A stretch of DNA of 64,000 nt. Origin: Guillardia theta CCMP2712 (lineage: Eukaryota; Protista; Cryptophyta). Position 1 is the first letter of the stretch; each line of letters begins with the position of its first letter. The translations under genes and the position numbers were made by a program. Positions 36,366 to 48,728 of this stretch are shown here, piece after piece. Location of the stretch: positions 1 to 64,000 of the forward strand of contig NW_005434609.1 of assembly GCF_000315625.1 (NCBI RefSeq), written 5' to 3'. The notes beneath the pieces are model-generated. The model saw nothing but the letters and a program-made list of their open reading frames with translations, was not told the origin of the DNA and ran no database searches.

Positions 36366-37000
36366 GAGCGCGGTCAAAACAACGTTAAATCGATATGACC
36401 CCGAAACCGTTACGATTTTACTGTAACAGTTTCTCACTGAGTGCGGGCCGGGCCCGCCGGGCGGCCCACTTGAGCATGCTGACTTGACTCTCAGTCAAAC
36501 AACAGTCCCCTTTACTCAAAGTTAAGTTAAAAAGCAGTACGAGGACAATCAGGAGAGTCGAGGAGGAACTGCTGTCCCCCAAACTTAACTGATACCTTCA
36601 CTTAACTGCGCGCAGGATACAAGGACTGGATCTCGCAGGGCGCTTCAAGATTCTTTCACTAAGTCAAAAAAAAAGGAGAGAATTCTATATACCGTTCTCG
36701 ATTTTTGCGTGTCATAAACACGAGGCCCTACTAGGCTAGAAGCCTGAGGCAGGAAGCTCGTACTGATTTTTAACTTAACTTTGAGTGAAGATCGGCCCAT
36801 CGGATCATCATACTGGCAGCAGCCTGAGGGCCGGGCTGACTCAGTCACTCGCCGGGGCTTACGGTGACTCACTGTCAGACTACTATCAGAGAAGCTGCGG
36901 ACTATCATCGGATCATCGGATGTTCTAGTTCTGCTATGAATCCGACGGTCCGAGCTATACAACATGCAGCAGCATACTGCTTCCAAAGACTCGAGGGCCA

Positions 37001-37600
37001 AAAGATGAAAGTCTTAGCGTTCATTCATATCTTACATCCTGCTATGTAGCTGCTCCTAGCCTCCCCCCGTATGTACACCCTGTAAAGAATACTCGTCCGT
37101 CCTATGCCCCTCCACCCCTCCTCCTTCAGCTCTCCTCCTGTCTCGAGGGCATCCCGATGCCCGGCAGCTCTGCCTCCCGTCCCTCCTCTCGTGTCCGGAT
37201 CGCGTCTTGCACAAGCTCGATCGACCGCCAGAGCGCGAGGAGCTGCTTCCTCCTGCAGGTGCTCATGCCGCCCCATGCCTCGTGGCTGAGGGCGAAAGGA
37301 GGCGGGTCTGAGAGGAGAGGAGCGTCCTCGTGGCTCGAGGCTTCCGGCTGCGCCCTCGTATCGTCATCGGTGCTGCGGTGCGTGAGGGACATGGCGAAGG
37401 ACGGGGGAGGGGCAGAGGCAAGGGGTAATAAAGACGCCCAGGGGAGGGGGTCCGACTTCTTCGGCTACCGGGGCCGAACGGTGTTGTAAAATCACGGCCA
37501 AGGTAACGAGACGGTGCGTATCTCACTGGTGTAGTAAAGAGGAGGCGATGCGGATCTGCGGTGACTTGATCACGAGCCTGTAAGCAACGTCAGCTTGTGT
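37001..37600. repeat. ~600-bp direct repeat, copy 1
   Basis: Near-identical to 38304-38887. Confidence 0.95.
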
Positions 37601-38303
37601 CCGGGCGGGCCCGCATCCGAAGTCTGCAGTTGAGTGACGATTTTCTCAGTCTCTTCTGCGATAACTGTTGAACAAGCAAGACGGTCGAGCAAGCGTCCTG
37701 CATGGTCAAGTGAACATTCTCAGTCCTAAGATGAGGACCTGAAGCTCCTTGATGGCCTCTGTGTGCTCAAGCTTCTTGACCTAGAACGATTGCTCAGTGC
37801 TGCTGATGTGAACCAAACGGCTCACCTAGGAGTACCAGAGGTAGCAAGATCGTTCAGTGTGGCACACCGGACCAAGACTCATACAGAACAAAGCGCACTG
37901 TTCGTATAGGGGAAGAGGTCTACGTCCTCTAGCCGACAGCAGTAGCCTGTCGTGCTCGTTGTGTTCTAGTAAACGCAGCAGTGATTGCTCTAGTGCTCTT
38001 GCTGATTCCCGAAGGTGGTTGTGTACAACAAAGTGGCTATGATGCATGAGAGACTGATAACACCATGATTGAAAGCATGCAGTCGCAGCTCGCATGCCAT
38101 TCAGAGTGTATCGACTCGGTAGGAGGCAGGCATGTATCATTTGAAGGGTGCTTCCTTCAGCCCTTGCAGGAAGCAGCAGAAAGAATGAACCATCTATCAT
38201 ATCAATACAGCTAGCTGACTTGGAGCATACATCACACAACCACCAAGAATCTTGGTAGCCTGGCAGGCTGTCAGACATGCCGCTGGGTCATTCCCCCACA
38301 CGT

Positions 38304-38887
38304 AAAAGATGAAAGTCTTAGCGTTCATTCATATCTTACATCCCGCTATGTAGCTCCTCCTAGCCTCCCCCCGTATGTACACCCTGTAAAGAATACTCGT
38401 CCGTCCTATGCCCCTCCACCCCTCCTCCTTCAGCTCTCCTCCTGTCTCGAGGGCATCCCGATGCCCGGCAGCTCTGCCTCCCGTCCCTCCTCTCGTGTCC
38501 GGATCGCGTCTTGCACAAGCTCGATCGACCGCCAGAGCGCGAGGAGCTGCTTCCTCCTGCAGGTGCTCATGCCGCCCCATGCCTCGTGGCTGAGGGCGAA
38601 AGGAGGCGGGTCTGAGAGGGGAGGAGCGTCCTCGTGGCTCGAGGCTTCCGGCTGCGCCCTCGTATCGTCATCGGTGCTGCGGTGCGTGAGGGACATGGCG
38701 AAGGACGGGGGAGGGGCAGAGGCAAGGGGTAATAAAGACGCCCAGGGGAGGGGGTCCGACTTCTTCGCCTGTAGTAAAGCCTAGGCATGGTAACGAGATG
38801 GTGCGTATCTCACTGGTGTAGTAAAGAGGAGGCGATGCGGATCTGCGGTGACTTGATCACGAGCCTGTAAGCAACGTCAGCTTGTGT
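38304..38887. repeat. ~585-bp direct repeat, copy 2
   Basis: Near-identical to 37001-37600 apart from one replaced segment near 38768-38790. Confidence 0.95.
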
Positions 38888-39761
38888 ACGAGAAGAGGCT
38901 GATTGGATCTGAGCATCGGCTGTACCGTTGCACCTTTGTACAACGTCCTCCACTTGATACACGAGCACCTTTGTACCGTTGCTCTTTTGAGTTGTAGGGT
39001 AACCTGACGACGGACAATGTCACGATCATGACATGGCACGGAAGGGCTTGGGGTGTTTTACTACAGGTGAAGGCGTAAGGCTTTTGTATTCAAGTGTTAC
39101 CTGCCCCTCATACCGCACCACCGGGCCCGATTCTGCCGCCGGTGACCCACCGGGTCCGGTGAACGGCACTGACTTATATCCATAATTTTAAATTGACCCC
39201 CCGTTTGATGGGGTACCCTGCTACCCGGGGATTCCCTATGAAGGGGGTGGGGTGGAGAAGGATGTTATATACACGCCTTTTTGAAAGTAGCAGAGCAGGA
39301 TGGCGTCGATCGCGAAGCCGAAGATCCGGTGAGACGATGGGAGAGAGAGGATGGAGAGAAGAGGCAGAGAGGAGGCAGAGAGGAGGCAGAGAGGAGGCAG
39401 AGAGGAGGCAGAGAGGAGGGAGAGAGGAGGCAGAGAGGAGGCAGAGAGAAGGGAGAAAGAGTCGGGCAACTAGGGAGAAAGATGAGAGGGAGAGGAGGGA
39501 GGGAGGAAGAGAGATTGAGGGGGGCAGTCTGTCAGTGAGAGCTAAAATGAGCATGGGAAGGGAACGAGAATGGATGGGAGGGGGGATGAAATCCGGAAGA
39601 GTGTGGGACAGAGCCCTGCACTAGGAGTTTGATATTGTCAGAACAAGTTCATAGATGTTTGTAAGACGAATGGCTGTGTTTACAAATGCTCTTGGTTGAC
39701 AGAATCTTCTTGTCAAAACTTCTCATGAGTCTCATATCAGCGTCTCTATGCAACTCTCACG

Positions 39762-42700
39762 ATGACATTGTGTTGTGCGCACAGGAGACATCTCCCTAAC
39801 AGTTGGGTTGAGCTGGAATCTCCCGATGGTGAGATCTACTACGCCAACGTCAAGACGAAAGAAACTTCTTGGGACCGACCTGATTGTGATGTGGAAGACA
39901 AGGAAAATCAGCACGAGAATGTCCTTATGCCTATCTCTAAGATCGCAGCCGTCGCACAAGCCCCTCGTTCCACCTCCCCTGCTGCGAAGGCAGGTGGCAA
40001 GAGACTGGACGTGTCTCAGGTTTCTCTCTCGGTCGACTGGTCGACTGTGAGCGGATGTTCTGCTGACTCTCGTGGCTCGCAGGGCTCCCGCTCCTTCCCG
40101 CGCTTCTCTCAGTGCCCTTTGCAAGGGAAGCAGCAGGAGATGACGTGCGAGGAGAGCATGAGCGTCTCCTTCGTGGCCAAGGAGAGCCATGCTGTCTCCG
40201 ACCTCGCGGCCCTCGCCGACATGTCGGTCGCTCATCTTTCTCCTCGGGAGGTTCAGCCCGATGCTGGAGTTGGCATCCTGCTGGAGCAGCTCGAAGAAGG
40301 AGGTCCTATCACAGTCGGGAAAATATTCAAGGAGGGGCCAGCCGCGCTCAGTACGTTGTAGCCCCTCCTGCTGCCCCTGCCCCTGCCCCTGCCCCTTTCC
40401 CCCGTTCCTGCCCCTTTCTTTTGACTTTACTCTTCAAGCCGCAAGGTTGGACTTGGCGATCAGGTGCTTGCAGTCAACGGTCAATCTGTGGTCGGTACAA
40501 CTCCATCGGAGTTGCGAGGGGCGATCGTGGGACGAGTCGGGACACAAGTTCACCTGAGACTGCGGAAGGCGAGCAGTGACGGGCAATGGAGCAGAGGAGA
40601 TATCCTCGAGGTACGGGAGCGAGAGGAAGTGACTGGAGGAGAGGAGATAGCAGTTCAAGAGGATGAAGGAGAGCAAGAATGGAGGGAGGGGGGATGGATG
40701 GAAGGAGTGGAGGCAGGCAGAGCATGTCTAAGTAAAGTCTTCAGGTCACGCTCTTTCGCGCTGCAAGCGTCGAATCGCGAGCCGCTGCTCCCCAAAAGTC
40801 AGAGCAGAAGGTGAGGCCGGAGCACGAGGAGGGTGGAATATGACGCGAGGCTGCAGGACGATCATCAGGATCAGCAGCGTGAGAGGAAAGAACATGCCGA
40901 GCCCGCAGGACCCTCGAGGGAAGTGCTCATGCTCCGACAGGCAGTCGAGGAGGAGAGGAGGAGGGTAGAAGAGCTCACAGCCAAGATGCAAAGCATGGCC
41001 CAACAGAACTTTCTGCTGGAGGAGAGGTGCTTGCGAGCTGAGGAGAAGCTGGAGGAGGCAGAGGGGAGGGTCGAGCGGCTCAAGGTAGACATGTGCGAGC
41101 AAGTTGAGAACTCATGGAGGAAGGAGAAGGAGAAGCTGATGGAGTGGCACGCGGAGGTGATGGAGCAGGAGCGGAGACTGCTGGAGGAGAAGATCAGAGA
41201 GGTCAGAGAGCAGGAGAAGAGCCTCTACAACAGGTTCAAGGTTGAAGCCATCGAGGCGCATGAGAGGGTCGTCAGCGCCTCCTTCCAGGCAGAGCGAGAG
41301 GCGCACAGGAAGATGATAGAGCAGCTGCAGGAGGAGCTGGCGGAGGCTACCGAGAAGCTGCTTGCTCTGTCGTCGGCGCAGAAGCAGGAGGAGCGCTCCC
41401 CCTCAGCTCGCCCCGTTGATCTCCATCCTCCTCCCAGGACTCGCCCACCTCCTAGGAGTCTCTCGGACCGTGAGACATCTCCTGCTCCCTCTGCTCCTTC
41501 CGCAGGCTCGCCCAAGTCCCGAGGGTCCGAAGACGTCTCCTCCGTCCTGCAGGTCCTCACGGACGAGGGCGCCAACCTCACCAGCCAACGAGAGGCCATC
41601 CATGCTCTCGGCATCCTGGCGATCGAGCCCGAGGGCAGACATCTCATCCTGCAGCATCCCAATATCATCGGGGCCCTGCACGCGCTGCTGCTGCTCCAGG
41701 TACAGGAGCAGGAGCAGGAGGACGAAGAGTATGAGGAGGGGGAATGAGGAGGGAGGGAGTGAGCGAGCGAGTGAGGTCCCATTGTTAACACTCTCTCAGG
41801 ACACGCATGTGTCTCGCTACACGTCTCTAGCTCTTGGCAACATCGCCATGGACCCGCAGGGCAGGAAGGAGATCTTCAAGCACGGTGAGCGCTTGCTGCC
41901 TCCTCGTGGGAGTCTCGTGAAACCTTGAGAGCAGCTCAAGCTCTCCGAGACATCTCCCTCCTGGTCTCCTCGGCAGACGCTGAGACTAGCAGATACGCCA
42001 CCATGGTAGAGGAGGAGGAGGAGATGGGAGGAGGAGATGGGAGGAGGAGACCTCGTGACTCGCCTCCTCCTAGGCCATCGGAAATCTTGTGCTCGAATCA
42101 GGAAATCGACATCTTGTCTTCAGCCAGGTGAAACTCTTCGAGAAGATGTTTTCCTTCTGCTCCCCTCTCCCTCTCCCTCTCCCTCTCCCTCTCCCTCCCC
42201 CTCTCCCTCCCCCTCTCCCTGGCTTCTCCATGAGACGCTCTTCTTCCAACAGGATGGGCTCATCGAGAAGCTGATGAGTCGCCTGTCGTCCAAGGACAAG
42301 CAGACGATCCGCTATGCTGCTGGAGGTGAAGCCCATGGTGACCTAACAACGTCTGACTTGCCTCAGCACTGAGGAACATCGCGGTGGAGCGGGAGGGCAG
42401 GCAGCACGTGCTCTCATACCCCGGTTGTCTTGAGCAGCTGAACGTAAGGGAGGAGGAGCCGAGCAAGGGGAGGGGCAGAGGCGGGAGGAGGAGGAGGAGA
42501 AGGAGGAGGTCGAGCGGTGGGTGAAGGGAAGAGAGCGAGGAAGAGGAGCAGATCGAGGCAGGACGAGGACGAGGACGAGGATGAGGATGAGGATGAGGAT
42601 GAGGATGAGGAGGAGGAGGAGGTCGAGCGGTGGGTGAGGGGAAGAGGGCGAGGAAAGGGAGCAGATCGAGGCAGGAGGAGGAGGAGGAGATAGCAACCTT

Positions 42701-42794
42701 GATGGATGCTTGACAGGAACTGAAAAGGTCTACGGATGCAAGCACTGCCCGATATGCTACAGCATGTCTCAAGAACTTGAACCTCACGGGGTGA
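39762..42794 (+). CDS. WW - PDZ - coiled-coil - armadillo repeat protein, multi-exon
   Basis: LPNSWVEL...IYYAN...TSWDRP (WW); GVGILLE...GPAA...GDQVLAVNG (PDZ); coiled coil; ALGILA, ALGNIA, LRNIA, CLKNL (ARM); stop 42792-42794; true start probably slightly upstream. Confidence 0.82.
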
Positions 42795-42905
42795 AAAGGT
42801 GGAGGGAGGACACAGGCAAGAGGGAGCGAGGAGAGAGGAGTACAGTGACAAGGAAGAAAGTATTACTAACATTACAAGAGAAAAAGAATACACAACAATG
42901 TCACG

Positions 42906-44549
42906 TCATCGGGGCTCGTTGCCTAGCAGCTCGCAAGCCCACGGGTCTACAAACTCAGAGGTTCTCGGGCTATTCTCGTCCGGCGCCTCAGTCGTTTCCC
43001 CTGCTTTTCTCGGTCTGTTTCTCTCTGAACTTTCACCGCAAAGCTGCAGCTCTCGTTTCACTCGGTCCTGCATCTTCTCGAACCCTCCCGTGGCGCAATC
43101 GATCCATGCTGTGCGCAGAGTTCCCTTCCCCTTGATGTCCATCTTGTCCCAGTTCACCCCGCATTTCATCCCTTTCCCTCGGCTGGGCTCCTCCTCCTCC
43201 TCTTCCTCTCGCAGCTCCTCCGCCTGCTTGTGGCTCCACATCTCGTCCATGTACCGCAGTGCCGCCTCTTCCGACAGGTGCAGCAGTCCCGGGTTTCCGC
43301 TCTGCTCCATGCGAGCCGCTGTGTTCATGGTGTCACCAAAGGCGCACATGGTGGGAGCGAAGTGGTTGCTGTCGATGTAGGCGATGGTGAGGGGGCCGCA
43401 CGCGATGCCAACACGGATGAGCGTGTCGTTGTTCTGCTTGATCCGATGGAAGACTGCAACCGCGAACTTCACCATCCTCGTCATCTGGTCTTCCCCTCTG
43501 TCGCCCTGCACGCCGTTGGTACCCGAGGCACAGATGTAGCAGTCTCCTCTCGTCTCGATCTTGCGGATCGAGTACTCGGCGATCAGCTGCTCGACGTCAG
43601 CATGCACATGCGACATCCAGTCCGTGATCTCGTCGGGCGAGAGCTCCATACAGCGCTTGGTGTATCCCACGATGTCGAGGAAGAGGACGGTGGCGAGGGA
43701 GTAGGACTCTGGATCAGGAAGCTGGCCCGCTGCCACTATCCTTCCGGCACTCGATCCGTACAGGACCTCAGCCGCTAGGTGCCAGAGACCAGCAGAGTTT
43801 GTCAAGCTCTGTGAGTAGGGCGACTGGCATTCTCCTCCCTCCTCGTCCACAGGGAGGATGAGGCTGTAGATCATGCAGTCCTCGGACCCGAGATCCACCT
43901 CTCCTCCTAGAGTGCGCAGGATGACGTTGGCCTGCACTGACTCTCCGTTTGCTTTCTGCAACGAGACGTTGCGCAAAGGGTGCAGGAGAGATCCTGGAAG
44001 GGTGCCGTTCTCGATGGCCCTGGTAACCCAATGCTGGTGCACCCGACGAATCTGAGGAGGGAGAATGTCGTGAACTGTCTGTGGCCAGTCCTCTCTGCTC
44101 TGCGGCCAGTCCAGCATTGACCTGAGGGTCTCGTTGGCGAGCACAACCTGCAGGTTGGGCCCCTTGCTGAGAACAAGACCAACCTTCCTGGTGCAAGGAA
44201 GGATCGTAGTAGTCGCACTGAGAACTTCAAGCAGGACCTGAGCCTTCACCTCGCTGATCGCTTGCTTCCCCTCGACGACCGAGCCGGCTGCCGGTGCGCC
44301 CACCGTTGATTTGTCACTTTTGCTGCCATCGTCGATATTCGCAGAGGACTCTGAGGATGCGCTAGAGGAGGAAGAGAGAGAAGAGTGGGGTGTGGAGGAG
44401 CATTGCGATGATTTCCTAGCGATGAGTATGTGGACCGCGGCAGCCATGGCGAAACCGCCGGCAAAGCCGATTAACAGCTTCAGCATGCCGACTACAAAGC
44501 CCGTGGGAACCAAACGTGTGGGTCGCTTGTGTTGGGTTGAGTCTTTCAT
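42906..44549 (-). CDS. Membrane-anchored PAS-like + class III nucleotide cyclase, probably guanylyl cyclase, intronless
   Basis: TM helix LIGFAGGFAMAAAVHILI; PAS-like ANETLRSML...VHDILP; LFLDIVGYT, KIETRGDCY, MCAFGDTMNTAARMEQ (Glu/Cys pair typical of GTP specificity). Confidence 0.9.
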   Translation of the reverse strand: MKDSTQHKRPTRLVPTGFVVGMLKLLIGFAGGFAMAAAVHILIARKSSQCSSTPHSSLSSSSSASSESSANIDDGSKSDKSTVGAPAAGSVVEGKQAISEVKAQVLLEVLSATTTILPCTRKVGLVLSKGPNLQVVLANETLRSMLDWPQSREDWPQTVHDILPPQIRRVHQHWVTRAIENGTLPGSLLHPLRNVSLQKANGESVQANVILRTLGGEVDLGSEDCMIYSLILPVDEEGGECQSPYSQSLTNSAGLWHLAAEVLYGSSAGRIVAAGQLPDPESYSLATVLFLDIVGYTKRCMELSPDEITDWMSHVHADVEQLIAEYSIRKIETRGDCYICASGTNGVQGDRGEDQMTRMVKFAVAVFHRIKQNNDTLIRVGIACGPLTIAYIDSNHFAPTMCAFGDTMNTAARMEQSGNPGLLHLSEEAALRYMDEMWSHKQAEELREEEEEEEPSRGKGMKCGVNWDKMDIKGKGTLRTAWIDCATGGFEKMQDRVKRELQLCGESSERNRPRKAGETTEAPDENSPRTSEFVDPWACELLGNEPR

Positions 44550-45854
44550 GACAAGGGTGGGGGTAGTCACACAGGGGTGGTAGTGTTGTCATCATGGGGG
44601 TACAGCACAGAATTTGCTTCCTGTGTAATATCAAGGGTGGGGTAGTTTAGAGTCATCAAGTGGGTATAAGGACAAAGGGAGGGGTTGGCAGGACTTGAAG
44701 GGTGCATTCAGTCCTTTGTCAGGGTGGGTAATCTTGATTATAGTAGGTAGGGGTGGTTGCTCGAGTGAAGTGGGGGAGCTAGTTACGCCGAATGTGCGGT
44801 GTACTGTGGGTGATAAGAATGATAGGGTAGGGTACTAAATGTCGACAGATTTCCAGATCAAAGGTACGGTAATTTCTGGGAAATTTGAGGGTAGGGTCAT
44901 ATTTTTAAGGGGTAGTGTGATCCGGGGCCGATTTTTTTTTGGGTAACAGGGGTCCTTGCTGATAGAGTCGGTGCGAAGGGTTGAGGAATGGCAATCTCTT
45001 GTAATATAGGGGGTGGTATGAAAAGGAGGGGGGTAGTGTAGTATTCAAAGGTGGGTCAAACTGTGCAAGATGGAGAGGTTGGGTACTAAAGTGGGGGTAG
45101 GGGGTACAACCGCACAAGTCTTTGATTTCAAATCTTTTGGATAAAAAGTTTTGATTTAAAACTTCCTTTTTTAAATCCTCGGTGGGGATGACCACCCTCA
45201 GAGATGAGCCCTCAAGTACCCCTCCTAATCACTGTGGATCTCTGGACTTGAGGTGGGTACACGAAATCAAGCAAAAGAGCCCGGGGGATGAGGGTGGGTA
45301 GAGCATCAGACTGAACTTTTCAGAGGCCAGTGTAATCCTGTTCGACCACCCTTATCACCATCACCCCATGATACGTATGTGTACCCCTCTATAAACGTGC
45401 TCATCACTTGATCATTAGGGGGTACTTTTGAAGATTCCAGACCCTCCACCCCCTATCATGTAGTTTCTTCTACAGAACTGAAATGCCGGCCGCTGAGAAA
45501 AACTTAATCCTCACACCCCCAATTCTCATAACCCTACCCTTCATTTGACTTACGACTACCCCCTTTCTGTATTGATTAAAAATAGGATTTTGGGGACCCA
45601 CCCCCTGACAATCTTCCCTGTCGACAAACCCCAACCCTTGACCAAAAACTTGGTTCGTCCATATTTTATTTTTACAACGTTTTTGCCACTAGTTCACCTG
45701 ACCCCCACCCCCTTTTCTGAGGTAAACATCACCCCTTCACAACAAGATCCCCATGACTGCGACTTGTGCCCCATGTTCAAAGTTGTTTTCCTGGTCTTGA
45801 GACTCTTTTCTACTCCCTGAGCTCATCATCGAGTCCGCCTCAGGTGTAGTACAG

Positions 45855-46327
45855 TGGACCGGCCGGGCCGGGCCCGGTCAGCCGGGCCGGCCGGGCCCCG
45901 CCGCCGGGCCCGGGCATACAGTTGGCCGGGCCCGACGTCTTGTTGCGGCCCGGGGACCGTCGCGGGCTCAGGTTTAACCGTGACAGATGTCACGCTACCG
46001 GGCCCCGGCTGCGGCCCGGGCCGGGCCCGCCGGTGGGGCCGCTAGCCCCGCGGGCCGGGCCGGCCCCGGCTGCGGCCCGGGCCGGGCCCGCCGGCGGGGC
46101 CTAGCCCCCGGGCCCGGCCCGGCCCGGCCCGGCTCGGCCGGGGGCCGCCGGGGTGCCCGGCGCACTGCCAGGCTGAGTAGTACTACCGTAGTACCGCCTG
46201 TGCGGCCCGGCCGCCCGGCGGCCCGCACGGTACGGTCTGAGCCCCCCGAAGCACGGCCCGGCGGCCCGGCCACGACCCCCCGGCCACGCCGTGCAGTGAC
46301 GGTGACGGTACCGGCGGGCCGGGTAGC
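45855..46327. repeat. Extremely GC-rich GGCC/CCGG island with a 40-bp direct repeat (46001-46040, 46061-46100)
   Basis: Direct reading. Confidence 0.85.
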
Positions 46328-48284
46328 CTAGTAGTCAGTCACTCCCTTTATTCTGTGGCACTGAGTCAGCGGTCTGACTTTCGCAACAATCACGTCGGAC
46401 ATCTTCGGAAGTTCCACTACTTTTCGTCCTCCTTGTTCTTTGTACGGCTCAAGTAAATCTTTTGCAGCAATCTCTTGACCTTCATATTCGCCTGTTGAGG
46501 GATTGAGAAGTGAAACAAGGTAGTACAAGCTCATGCTTGCAGCCTTACCGAGTTGTATCGATCGGATTTGGACCCACTGTCAGCGTACGAATTGCCCTGA
46601 TCCTCCACCATCTTCTCTTTTATCACCTCAAACTGCAGGGTGTTCAATGAAAAGGGCGCAATCCGATTGGCAGTCACAGTACCTCCTCTCTTGACCCAGC
46701 TAACGGCATACCCAAATGTAGAGCGGTCAAGGGGTCGATGGTGTCTGCCGACACGAAAACTCCATGGCCAGCGTCCTCGAAGCCATTTTGCCTCAAGATC
46801 TGATGGGTGAGTTAGTGCAGGAGACAAGCAGCTTGTGCTCTCACCTCCTTCATTTCTGGGGTCGTTTGAAGCCCTGCCAGCAGGAGAGGACCTATCGCGA
46901 TCAAACTTCAATCGGCAAGCAAAGGCCAAGATGCGAGGCTCTCACTTGGCTTGAAGCTAACCTCCGGGCATTTCTTGATGTTCACCTCCTTGCCTATCAC
47001 AGCCCTGAAAGCTCCCTTGCATTGACGAAGCATCTTTTCAATGTTTTCAATCTAGTAGAATCGCTCAGTCAATGAATTCAAGGCTTACTTGGAAACCCAC
47101 CTTCCTCTTGTCCACTTCTAGCTTACAGGACCAGTAAATCCGCGCATTCCCGAGGTCCGAGGTCATCTCAACATCTTCGATGGTAAGGATCTGTTGCAAA
47201 TTTTCGAACTCCGGGTGACGTTTGAATAACTTCCTGTCAGGAGAAAATCCTGTTGGAGATGACGACTCTCTCAAACTTCGACTAGCTTACCCGTGATAGA
47301 GTGCTTCGACCAGGCACCTCCGAACAGCTGCCCCCACCATTCTTGCACGCTTTTGCTGGAAGAAGACGAATAAGTGTCAAAGGATGATGATTCCCAAACA
47401 ATGCATCGACAAAGTTAGGCTCCAAACCTTTTTCCTGCTCACGCTTGATTCCTTGAAGCCAGCCACGGACGCTGAGATCCTCGTGAGCACAACACGCAGG
47501 AGAGCAAGCTCATCTACCGCTCTCGAGATACCCCAACGGGGTTTCGGCTCCTCGTACAAGACGCGAGGCAAGCTCACTCAGCTTCTTGTCGGTGTCGTAG
47601 TCGGGAGTCGATCCGTCATAGTGGGGAGTCGATTCGTCCTCGGCGTCTTCAGAGGGTTCCTCATGACTTCAACAACGACAAGTCATGGCGCCATCAACAT
47701 AGGGGCACGGCAGAGAAGCGCTCGTCCTACCTTGCATCGGTTTCCAACTCCTCAACGTCGACATACTGGACCTACCGTCAAGTGAGACATGCTTGCTGTT
47801 GTGAGAGACATGCTAGAGATGCACCTCCTCTTGTACAGGCGCGTCGTCGTTAGACAGAACATGAACAGTTTTGTCTTCCGAATGCTCTTCCTCCATGTTC
47901 TGCTCTTTCCTCAACCTCCTCTCCAAGGCATCCAACAAACTCCTGGTTTTGTGTTATTAGGGCTAATTTCACATGGGAGGCATCTTCTTGCAACCTTCTC
48001 TTTGCATTGAGCAGCGGCGAAGAATGAAAACTCCTGTCTCCTCTCCCCATCTGATCCATCTTTGCCGATACCGTGCATATTCTCAGGACACCAACACCAG
48101 TAGCTCCGAGCTTGCAAGTACGAACCATGGAACCAGGCATCGGAGGAGGAGGATGGCAATGGTGCTGATGAGCATTCTGCCAGTATCTGAGTGTTCTCGG
48201 TACGATCCCCTTCTCCTTCATCGTCCTGCCTCTCATCGCCGCTGCAACCCCACCCCCAACCCCGTGACTCGCACGCGCCGCCAT
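46328..48284 (-). CDS. RBFA: Mitochondrial ribosome-binding factor A-like protein, multi-exon
   Basis: Basic presequence ending RSFHSSPLLNAKRR; QKRARMVGAAVRRCLVEAL and LTIEDVEMTSDLGNARIYW match the RbfA core; 3' end approximate. Confidence 0.72.
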
Positions 48285-48608
48285 GAGAACTTGCACTGTA
48301 ACGGTACCGTAACGGTATCATAACATGTTATAACATTGCTGCGATGAGACCCTTCACTTCCATAAATTATAAAAAACGTTACTATCCGTTACATCCGAAG
48401 GGTTGTGTATCCAAAGGTCGCCATGCTCTCTCGCCTCCTCGCGCCGAACCCAGTATGCGGGCTGTACATGGTGAGAGACTCCCGCCGCTCTCCCCGTCAT
48501 GCCGCCGCTCTCCCCGTCATGTCGCCGCTCTCCCTATCATGCCAGCACCATCAGCAGCAGCGCATGCTCCGCACACGTTGAGATGATGTTAACAATGTAG
48601 TTCGCCGA

Positions 48609-48694
48609 TCCTCCTCCTCCTCCTCCTCCTCCTCCTCCTCCTCCTCCTAATCATCACCACCACCACCACCACCACCACCACCACCACCACCACC

Positions 48695-48728
<34 letters not shown>
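48609..48728. repeat. (CCT)n(CAC)n(CAT)n compound microsatellite
   Basis: Direct reading. Confidence 0.92.

Noticed and set aside
37520-37580. tRNA/SINE head (TGGTGTAGT resembles an A box) in the direct repeat
   Set aside because: No B box (GTTCRA) or cloverleaf
45854-46331. Pro/Gly/Arg/Ala-rich ORFs
   Set aside because: Expected from extreme GC content; no ATG context or homology
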